From NCBI GenBank assembly GCA_943704425.1, contig CALSCP010001856.1, forward strand, positions 1 to 64,000: 64,000 nucleotides of DNA. The letters are read 5' to 3'. Source of the stretch: Ministeria vibrans ATCC 50519. Lineage: Eukaryota > Protista > Filasterea. The translations under genes and the position numbers were made by a program. Below are positions 52,201 to 64,000 of the stretch, piece by piece. Under the pieces are notes generated by a model. The model did no database searches, was not told where the DNA came from, and saw nothing but the letters and a program-made list of their open reading frames with translations. The number at the start of each line of letters is the position of its first letter. Positions within the stretch are counted from its first letter, which is position 1.

Positions 52201-53976
52201 CCACATGTAGTGTGTACGCCTCAAAGACACTGTCAAAGTAGAAGACTCCAGCCATAAAGATCCGGTTGAGACTCATATCCACACTCAGTCCGAAACTGAG
52301 AAAAGAAAAACAAAAAGAAGAAAAAAAAAGGAGGGAAGGATCGAAATACACACAACGTCAGTGGATGAATTAAGAGGCATTAGGAACAACAACAAAAACA
52401 AAATACTTTTCTGCGTCTCCAGCATGCGGGTACGACACAAGCAACGTCTGTGTGAGATTCGCAGTGAGGCGGAGCAGGAAAGGCTGACGTGTGACGTTGG
52501 CGGCGACGGGGCCAGTCAGGTTGCCGTACGACGCACCGGCTGCGTAGACCGTGTCGAGCGAGGGCACGTAGAGTAACGAGCGACTGAATTAAATTAAAGT
52601 GGGGGAAAAAAAAAGTCAGACTGTTGACAAAAGGGAAACATTATGTCTTACATTTCTTCGTTGCCGAGTGTGCCGCCTTGGAAACTGGCTGCGGTTGAGA
52701 GGTCAGTTCCACGCAGTTTCAGAACAAAGTAATCGCGTGCGTCGGTCGAGGAAGGGTTCTCTTGCGTGTACAAGTGCTCGATAGTGTAGCCGGCGACAAA
52801 GACGTGCTCGCCCGTCGCGTCCCACACTGCTGCAAGTGCAGCGTCGTTCCCACCAAACTGGATGCCAATGCGTCGTGTCATTGTGCTCATGTCCACCAGA
52901 GCGACAAAGCAGTTGCCAACACCGGAGCCATAGACAGTACCATACGCCTCTCCGACAATAGCCATTTCATTGCTGACAGGATTATACGCACCGCCACGGC
53001 CGTAAAGAGTTGCACTGGCCTTGCTCTCTCGCCACGATCCAACAACACCACCACTGGTGTTAATCACCAAGATGAATGCATCAGTGAAACCTAATCAAAA
53101 ACCCAAGGAGGAAATAATAATTAGTACCCACACAAAATAAGAGCAACCACAGCCCTTCAGCTACACATAACCCCTCCGCCATCGACCCACGAGTACGCTC
53201 CCGCAGCTAGCGCACACCCCCTCCCCCTTCGTACCAATGTGTGCGCCTTGAATGAAGTTGGTCGCGTCGGTCGCTCCATAGGCGTACAGCGTCGTCTCGT
53301 TGGTTGGCGAGGTGTACGACGAAAGGCCAAAGAGGGTCAAATCCCCCGCGGCCTCAAAGAGGAAGGCGCCAACTTCCGTTCCCGTCTACAAACGACACAT
53401 GGGGGTCCGTCAGCATTACGTCAACAGAGCGTTTCGTGTGGCGCGCGCCGTTAAAACCCCACGCGAATGGGCAAGCGTGGGGACTGACCTGCATGTCAAT
53501 GGACTTCATGTGCAGCCGGAGACTAGCGCCCGGCGGCGGCGACAAGTGCGGGCTCGACTGGCTCAGGACGAGCACTTGGGCGCCAGCAGTGTCGAGCGCA
53601 ATGAAACTCTTTTCTTCGATAAACGAGCGATTTCCCGCCGACATGGCGTATTCCTGATCGTAGGTTGGCGCACACGTGCTCTCAAGCACACATGAACCAT
53701 TTTGGCAGGCTGGCGAGCAAGAAGCAACGCTCCCTATGAGAACAAGTTGTTTGCGTTGCGGGAGCAACCGTCAGAGAGAACCCACAAGAAGGAAAAAGGA
53801 CGCATCGACCGCCATCAACCACCCCAGCCGTCTGTCGAGTATCGATATTGATTAGGAAAAGCGAGCCCACGGCGATCGGGAGCATCGATAGGGCGCGTGG
53901 GTGTGCGAAGAAAGTGGGTTCCTCTCTCACCTTGCAATGAACACAGTACAGAAAACAGCACAACAACGACCCACAT
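49292..53976 (-). CDS. Adhesion GPCR: signal peptide, EGF-like, beta-propeller-like repeats, EGF x3, GAIN/GPS, 7TM (secretin-like), long Ser-rich tail
   Basis: Signal exon MWVVVVLFSVLCSLQ; DAFILVINTSG, VFVAGYT, YVSGYT repeats; GPS CVAWDF..WSSAGC..CNCTHMTNFAVLF; LHYSLLAQF, LLGASWIFAF, YLFSVCNGALGLFLF. Confidence 0.9.
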
Positions 53977-54140
53977 CCCGCTGTAGCCTGTAAGCAGTAA
54001 GCAGTAAGCAGAAGGGCGCTCTGTAAAGTAGAGCGGGTCGAACTGAATTTAATTGTGAATTTGTGTCTTGTGATGTTGAGTGATTGAACTTAGTGTAGAC
54101 TTTTCATGGTAGAAAAATGAATATGAATAATAATTAAATT

Positions 54141-56809
54141 ATGCGTCTTTTGATCATCCTTGCTTGTTTGACGTTGACGTATGCCGATGTGGACCTAGTT
54201 TTCGTGGTGGTGCCTAGCGCGCCTTTAAATCAGACGAGACTCTCTCTCGCTCAACACCAAATTCAACAATCGATCCGTCTCTTAGACGATCCCAGCGTGC
54301 ACTACGCCGTTGTGTGCGTGTGCGAAGACTCTCCACGGCATCGTACGATCCGCGTGGACCAGCCTCTGCGGCTTGTACAGCGCCAATCCGAGGAGGAGGA
54401 GGAGAAGGACTATCAAATTCGCCGTCTGTGCGATATCTGTCGTTCCCCTTCCCCGCAAATAGGACCGATTCCAGCCGACACTGCCTCATGGGAGGAGGCC
54501 CACCACCAGTACACTCTGGACTATCTGGACGCTGTGTTGCGGTCTCTCCGCAACGAGGCTGCTCTCCCCTTTCGACCGCGCACCGATCGCCATTTCGTTG
54601 TGCTCGGCGGACTGGCGGCGCGCTACCGCAGTGCCGAGCAACGACGGGCCGACGCTCGCTCCACCGAGACTGACTTAGAACATCGTGGTAGTGTAGCGAC
54701 GCTCATCAAGGAAATTGTGGACACTGCAACGTTGGCGCCAACGGGACTCACCTTTGTGCATGACACCAAAGTCGTGCCGATGGTCGAGGCAATTTGCGAC
54801 CCAAGAGGGGCCGTCACATATGCCGATGGCTCACATTTCCAGGTGGCCCTGACGCTGTCCAATCTTATTGCTCTTGGCTCTGCCCCCGCCAGCACCCTCC
54901 AAGCGCATCTTCTCAACAAGGTATGACCGAGCGAACCCCCTTGAATACCACACCCCTTCTCTTCATAATTGTCATTATATATGCTCATGTTCTTCTTGTA
55001 TGCGTCGCAAGGGCATTACTGCTTCATGTCTGGATGTCATCGTGGCAATATCCGTGTCGACTGTCAGTAGCAAACGCAATGAGGCATCTCGACGCGCGCC
55101 CCTTGAGCTTGTCTACCCTTGGTCATTGGCACACAGCCACACTCGACGCGATTGCCTCTACGACAATGACTGCCCGCTCGATCAAGTGTGCTGTCCTCTT
55201 CGTGGATGTACTTACGAGCAGCCACACAAAGACAAGTGCGACGACGACCCCGCCGACCGCAATGCTGACAACAACGACAACGACAACGACAACGACTCGG
55301 CCCCGCTGCTTCGTTACATCCCTCGCTCGTCATATTGGAATGAAAAAAGAGACGGCTTCTGGTCTGCTCGTCAACTAGTCAACCAAGAGGGTAAGTCTCG
55401 CTCTCTTTTAAGTGTCATTTGACTCACCTTTGCGCTATGTTGTTTGTTTGTTTGTTTAGTGGATGTGCTCGAGTTGGAGTCGGCACAAGAGGAGTTTGCA
55501 GAACGAGCGGTTGCCGGAAGAGTCCCGCTGATCATTCGCAACTCGGTCACAAGTACATGGCGTGCCCTTAACACCACCAATAGAGGTATATGAATATGAT
55601 AAATATGATTAATGATTGTATTTTTTTGGCAAGTCGGGACTCAACCCGATCGGCCTTGTGACTCTAGAAGACCTTGCGTTGTGGCTACCCGACTCGCTGC
55701 GCCTTAACGACGTCAAAGAGGCGACGAGCAGCAACACCGACGATCTGTTCTACGACACTGACACGCGCTCGGAACTCGCCGTCTCCTTTGCTGCGCCCCT
55801 CCCATACATTGTACACCCGTCCATGTCGGCCCACACAGCCATTGCTCATCTTACAAACGCCTCACTTCCGCTTTTGTACGCCTTTGAACGCGTCCCTCCC
55901 TCTCTTCGCTTTGCCTTCCAGCCCAATGCCAAGCTTTTTCTCTCGCCCGACGACGAGCAGCTCTACAAACAGTTTGTATGGCTTTCCAGTGCCCGAGTGC
56001 GCACTCACACGCACGTTGACCAGGACCACAACTTCTTTGTCCAGCTCTATGGTGTCAAGCGCTTCACTCTCTTTATGCCCGATCAACAGGACAAAATGTG
56101 CTTTTTCCCTCGAACACACCCCATGTGGCACAAGGCATCGGTGGACTTCCGTGCGCCCAACCTATCTCTGTGTCCCGGGTACGCGCACGCCAGGACGATC
56201 ACCGCCACCCTCGCGCCGGGCGATGTGCTCTACGTGCCCCCCTTCACGTTCCACCATGTCGAAACGCTCTCACCGTCCGCCTCGCTCTCCACCTGGTCGC
56301 ACGACATGCGAGTGTATGAGCATATGACAGCACTGTACAAGCATGAGCACAAGTTTGATATGCTTGCGTCGCACGACGGCAAACGCTTTGCCTTGCGCCT
56401 CTTTCTCGATCTGCTGCTCGACAAGCTCTACGGTCGCAATGCTTCGCCCGCCTTCTTTCGCCACCTTCTCCAGACTCGCTTCTTGTCGCTCCCATCGCTC
56501 ATACATCACTATCCGTTCCATCTGGACCGCGACCGCACGCGCCTGTGCGACGCCACGCACATCCCGACGGCCCAGCATGTCATTGGGGACGTCACGCTCG
56601 ACGCAGAGTCCCTCTATGGCCATCTCAGCCGCTTTGTTCCCGAAACACGCGACATTCTCACACGCGACTATGTCGAAGAACTTATTTTGAGTGTCGTCGG
56701 ACTCGACGACTTCCTTCCCTTTATGGTCTTTTGTTTTCTCGATGGACAGACCTATCGGCTGACTGATCCGTCGCTCGACGAACACGCCACCTTGTGGCAG
56801 TACAAGTGA
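54141..56809 (+). CDS. Secreted multidomain JmjC protein: signal peptide, VWA-like region, small Cys-rich (WAP-like) module, Cupin_8 JmjC
   Basis: MRLLIILACLTLTYA-DVDLVFVV; DCLYDNDCPLDQVCCPLRGC; VPLIIRNS; THVDQDHNFFVQLYGVKRF; LAPGDVLYVPPFTFHHV; joining the exons into one gene is inferred. Confidence 0.72.
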
Positions 56810-56954
56810 CACGCGGCAATGAGAAAAAGAAGAGAAAGAGGAAGAGAAGGAGATAAAATAACCGTAGTAAAAGAGAGAGAGAGAGTGTGTGTGTGATTTG
56901 ATTTGTACATTCGTATTTCATTAAGATTGTATTATTTTTGGAGGGGGGGTTTGC

Positions 56955-58131
56955 TTAGTCGTTTCCTTCCGCGCTTGTTTCGTTGCGAGTGAGATGGTAA
57001 ACATCATAGCGATGGTTAAGAGCACGCGTAAGGTGCACGGGTGGGATGGTGGGACAGCCACCAAGGGCCCCCCAGCCAGGCGAGGGCACCTGGAAGAAGA
57101 CACGACGGGCGCGTGCATGCACAAGGGCCATGGCACACATGACGCACGGCTCGTGTGTCAGGACAATGTCCATGCCGCTACACAGGTACTGTACGCGCTC
57201 CAATTCAACTGCAGCGTGTGTGGCAAGGTCGACACCGGCCGCTAGCGCGTCCTGCTCCGCAATACGTAGCTGCAAAGCGCCTAATTCGCGCAGCAGAACC
57301 ATCACCGTGTGGTCGAGCGAATAGTTGCGTCGTCGATCGCTTGTCGCCACGATGACCTCCCCGTCGTTTCCAATGACAGCCGCACCGTGCTCTGGGTGAC
57401 CCTGTGCACGTGCGACAGAGGCAGCAGCCCATGCTGCTTTGAGACCCGCATCGATCCGTTGCAACTCGGTCGGACTCAACGGATTGTCCGACAGCGCTCG
57501 CTCCAAATCGTTGTTTCGATGAAAGACCGAGGGCCAGTAGCCGTTGCAAAAGGAAAATTGAGCGCGTGTGCGCGCGGCGACTTGGGGGACGTCGTAAATC
57601 GCCGCATCGGCAAAGGTGAGTTGACCCGGTAATGATGCAAGATCGACGCTTACACTCGCAAGCAACCTTCTCGCCAGCTCTGGGGCGTCCGGCTGGCCCG
57701 TCCCATCCACCTCAACGACCCCAAGTAATACCTGTCAAAAGGAGGGGGCAAGCGTGTGAGCAGCAGCAGCAGCAGCAGTGAATAGAGAATCGTACTGTAT
57801 TCTGCAATGCTTTTTTACGCTGCCCGTTGGGCGGACTGCTGGCGTCGCTGGCGTCCGCAGCGGCACCCAGGTCATCTGTAGGTGTGTCCGGGGCGCTGGC
57901 CTCGGGGGCGTCGTCGCTATCGCTTCGCCGACGCTTTCTCGTGAGCACTTCGGTGCGGCGAACACGACGCAGATGCACCAGCGAGTCGGGCAGCGGCAGC
58001 ACTGTGTTGAGGCGCGCCAGAAGCGCCCGCGTGTCGCGCGCCTCGTGTACGATCAGGGACACACACGGGCACAGCGGTACGTCTGCACGAGAGTTGGCGT
58101 CCGTCACGATTGCGCGTGCCTTCAACGGCAT
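56955..58131 (-). CDS. ADAT3: tRNA adenosine-34 deaminase regulatory subunit Tad3
   Basis: LVHLRRVRR; YWPSVFH; HTVM (pseudo-catalytic Val); YLCSGMDIVLTHEPCVMCAMALVHAR; LNHRYDVY. Confidence 0.92.
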
Positions 58132-58162
58132 TGCACAAAATCGAACAGAGATACGAGAAACG

Positions 58163-58194
<32 letters not shown>

Positions 58195-58305
58195 AAAAAA
58201 AAATTGATCTGATTTCTGACCGAAGTCCATTAATTATTCGTAAATACCTGCACTGGAGCACTTTCTTGAGTCCAATTGACATCTTCGGTTTTCCTTTGCC
58301 CGGCC

Positions 58306-61300
58306 ATGTCACAGGGCCCGTCGGCAAACAAGAAGAAACAGGCTTCGTTTGCGGCGTCCGTCTCGCCTCCCTTACACACCATCCCTCCAGCGGCGGCGTC
58401 GCCCTCCGCAGGGACCAGCGTCCCATCGCACGGTGGTGCCGGCGCCGCAGGCGCGACAGGGGCTGCAGCCACAGCGGCCAGTGGCAGCAACAGTGCGTCG
58501 TCGTCTTGGACGGGCGCCTCGACGCTCCCTACCCCGCCAGTCGGCTCGGAACAGGCCCCCGCGTCGGGCGCCACCGACTCCGTACCAGTGATTTCCACGA
58601 CGACGACGACGGCAGCCGCCAGCGACGCCGAACACACGAGTGGCGAGTGTGTTTCGTTTGCCGAGTTTTTTGACTCGTCGGCAACCTTTCAGTTTGGGCA
58701 GTCAAGCGCTCTCGGCGGCGTATGGGCGCGTATCGCGGGTAGTCGTCGCGACGCCACGAGCTTTCTTGTGTGTCTCCTGTCAAAGCTGCTTGCGCTCGAT
58801 CTCATTCCAGGTCACAACAGCGACTCGTCGGTGCGACAGATTGTTCGCATGTTGCTCGAGAGCGGCATCGACAACCCCCATTCGCTACTCTCACCGGCGG
58901 CTGCCGCAGCTGCCGCAGCTGCCTCAGAAGAACCCATCTCACGCACCATGCTGCGACAGGCGCTCGTCAGCACCATCCACTTCACCTGGTGCTACATTCC
59001 GTATGACTTTGCGTCGTTCCAGCTGCGCAAGGCGTTTCTCGCTTGGCACGCCGTGCGCGCCGGTGCAAACGCTCCTGGAAAGACATCATTTGAGAGTGAG
59101 GTCATCGATCGACTTGTCAAGACGCGCAACTTTGACTGGGTCGAAAAATGGTCACTCGACTTTGTCGCCCTCTGCTTGCGCACTTGCACTGTCCTCGCGC
59201 AGAACCTCTGTCCTACTTCGACGGGAACGGGCCTTGCAGGCGGGGCCTCGTCGTCGGCCGCCGGCGACCTCAGTCAGCTTATTGGGAGTCTGGCCGCGAG
59301 CAGCGCCTCCCTCGCAGGTGCCTCGGGAAATTTCCTGGGTGATAGTGCCTCGGGCGGTGGCAGCGGTAGCGCTGGCGCTGGCAGTGGAAGTAGTAGCGGT
59401 GGTGGCGGTGGCGGTGGTGGTGGCGGTGGTGGCAGTGGCAGTGGCGGTAGCGGCAACACTGGGGTGAATGCGGTGCCGCACTTTGGCGGCGCCGGTGGTC
59501 AGGCGTCCGCTCTGACTGTGCCCATTGCTCCGCCCAATGCCCTTGATCTGTTTACGCCCCGTCTCCTCGCGCTCTCCCTGCTCCAACCGCTCTTTGAACA
59601 GCGCCTGCTGTCGGCTGACGGCCCCAATGTGCTCGTGCGCGACGTCATTGTTCGTCTGCGTCTCGCCGCCAACGCTCGCTCGCCCGCCGAAGGACGGGCC
59701 GCTGCGCCGCTTTTACTGCAAATGCTCGCGTGCATCATCCGCGTCTTCCCCGGCATGGATCCACCGCTTCTGCGCGAAACATACCAAATCGTCCGTCCCA
59801 TGTTTGTCTTTCCACTTCCCATCGCCAGCGACGTCACCCAGGTGCTCAACATGCTCCTGCGCGAAATGAGCGCGCCCGGCAGCGAGCGACGCCAGGCCGT
59901 GCGTCTTGAGTACGACGCAGTGTTGCGCGACGAGAAACCCAAAGCCATGCCAGACTACTTTGCACACGCATTTGTCGACATGGCATGTCCCTCCGCACAT
60001 CAACTTCATGATGCTCTCAGCAAAAGAGTAAGAAAGAAAGAAGAAGAACAAAAACGGAAAAACAAAAAAAATGACTTTGAAGGTCGCTCTTGTCCTACCC
60101 CCAAAAAAGTTATTAAGCCTTTTTTCGTTCTTTCTTTTTTGTCTCAGGCGTTTATGACGGTTAAGGAGGTGCGCACTGAGTTGTTGTGTCACACGTTTCT
60201 GTCGTATTTTGGAGAGCTGACGGACATGAACAAGTTGCGGAGTCGCATCAAGGGAATGAGTGACAGTGAGTTGAGTGGACATCTAGCGACGGCGGAACTG
60301 GCCGTGGCAGAGTCACTGCGCACCGAGACGGACGAGGAGGCCGAGGTGATCATCAACACCAAACTTGCCGATGTGTACGAGGTGGTTATGACGGCAACGG
60401 CAGCAGCAGACGACGCTGCACCAAGAGAAGCACGTCACCGACTGGGTCGCTCCAACGATGAAGGGTTTGCTGAGAGCAGAGGCAACGGTGAAGATGGAGA
60501 TGAGAACGCAGACGACGACGACGATAACAACAACAACAACAACGATGACGACGACGACGACGACGACGAGAACGACGAAGACGACGAGGACGAGGACGAC
60601 GACGCTACCGGCCGCCATGATGTAATGACAGGCGGAGGTGGGGGCGACGACAACTTGTTCCACCGCATCAAGTATGCCGATGCCAGCACAACCCACTTCC
60701 CCTTGTTACGCTACCAGGTGAACGATTTGCCACGCGATGTGTTGTCGGGCCCCGACGCCGCCTACGGCACGGTGGGACCGACCATTACGGCGCACGGCGA
60801 GACGGTGGAGTTGAACATTCCACACTCAACTATGCTTGTGAGTCATTTGTTTGCGACGCTTCAGGAGCACTGCAGTTCGGGTCGCAGTGGCCCTATGCGC
60901 ATTGTCGTAGCGGGCTGCGACAGTTCACTGAGCTGCATTGTGCGTGCATTGAGCATCATCATGTTCACGCAAACCGACCTGTACCTTCAGACACCCATTC
61001 AGCTGTACATTTTGCCGCTGTCGTCGGGCGAGCAGGCCGGCGAAATGACGCACGTTGGCCACTACCTCGCTCACATGGACGGCTGGTACGCGCACCGTGT
61101 GCTTCGTTCGTCGCACGCACTGCTCCAACTGCGCTTTCACTCGGCCGAATCCATGTGGTGCGACCTTGACCCGGCCTACCTGCTGCGCTCCAACATTGAC
61201 GACTACGTCCGCAACGCCTGGAACCTACTCCCGTTGCGCGTCCACGAAGCGACCCTCTCCGTCACCGACGGACAGCAGCTCAAGCGCACCACCATTCCCT

Positions 61301-62154
61301 TTGTCAGTCGTGTCACCATTGTGCGTTCCTCATCCGCCAACCTTGAACTCAACCTCACGTAAGATTTGTTTTACTTTTTATTTATGGTTGTTTGTGTTTT
61401 TTTTCGTTTGTTGTTTGTTTGTCCTTTATTGTCATTATTATTTTATATAACGAACAGAAGCTGAAATTGTACAATATTATTTTCCTTGTTGTAGGTACTC
61501 TTCTTGCTCTGCAAGTGGCAAAGTGCATCCGCCAACTGCAATTTTGTCAAGACAATACTCAAGCGCAGTATTCTCCGCCATTGCTCAGGTACGTTTCACA
61601 CGGTGTAGACGCCTCTCCCTCTATCACTTTGTTTCTTTCTTTCTCCTCTCTCTCTCTTATCACTTTATTTCTTTGTTCCTGTCTCTCGTTTTCTTTTTCT
61701 TTCTCTCTCCCGTTCTCTGGATCTTTCTCTTCTTGTGTCTCTGGTGCTGATATATGCTGTGCTTATATTATAGTATGGTGATGTGGAGCCTTTGGCACAT
61801 CCAGGGGTACCAGGCCTATCCATGTATTTGTGTGTTGCTGACCCGAAGAAGAAGGACAAGAAGAGAGAAGAGGTATCGACGAGAGATGCACTTCTTTTTG
61901 CATTCACTATTTTACCTTGTTTCCTTTTTCTTAAGATTGCAATGACAGTCCTTCGGGTATTGGTGCGCAGTCGGACGGACATGACGCTGGAAATTGATGG
62001 CCAAGAAGTGCACGGAGTACGTGAATTGGCGTTGGCAGAGCTGCTTCTGCCGCCACAAACACCGCTTGAGGGAGGCAAGAAGAAGCCGGGGAAGCCGGTG
62101 GAGCTGCAACTTGTGACTTTTATGCCCTGCACGAACGAGGATGGGTGTGCGTAA
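58306..62154 (+). CDS. PI3K class IB regulatory subunit (p101/p87, PIK3R5/6)-like protein with PACS-like C-terminal region
   Basis: FPLPIASDVTQVLNMLLREMSAPGSERRQAVRLE resembles p101 [71 protein letters not shown]; C-terminal LQLVTF; acidic central loop (compared from memory). Confidence 0.7.
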
Positions 62155-62178
62155 GCACAGATACACACAGAGAGTGAG

Positions 62179-62270
<92 letters not shown>

Positions 62271-62352
62271 GAGGGCACAGTGATAGAGCGGGAGAGAGAG
62301 AGAGCAAACCTATTTTTTCTGCAATAATTTTTTGACAATTTTTCATTACATT

Positions 62353-64000
<1,648 letters not shown>

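Noticed and set aside
53354-53500. Apparent furin site RHTKRS in the adhesion GPCR N-terminal ORF
   Set aside because: It falls within a predicted GT-AG intron (about 53387-53488)

Overview
This is a compact, intron-containing eukaryotic genome window with about 24 protein-coding genes, short intergenic spacers, TTAGGG-type telomeric hexamers near the left end and three N-gaps. The gene set points to a unicellular relative of animals (a holozoan protist); that placement is an inference. Conserved genes recognised from motifs are B4GAT1-like GT49, GRIPAP1, RPS3A, ERH, ZIP9, a GT14-like glycosyltransferase, NPL, PPP1R21, an ancestral BUB1/BUBR1 (MadBub), a cAR/GPR157-like GPCR, MRPL52, RPS20, TXNDC9, ADAT3 and an SH3-DH-PH RhoGEF. 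Four features stand out. (1) A putative COOH-NH2 amidoligase (Amidoligase_2-type) domain with intact motifs is fused through a furin-type site to an agrin/perlecan-like EGF/laminin-G array (22.3-26.2 kb). (2) There is a PI3K-gamma adaptor (p101/p87)-like gene that also resembles PACS. (3) A same-strand receptor trio consists of a beta-propeller/EGF adhesion GPCR, a large LRR receptor kinase and a paralogous GAIN/GPS receptor with only one TM helix. (4) Two JmjC oxygenases carry signal peptides. All gene models were assembled by eye from ORFs and GT-AG boundaries, and no database searches were run.
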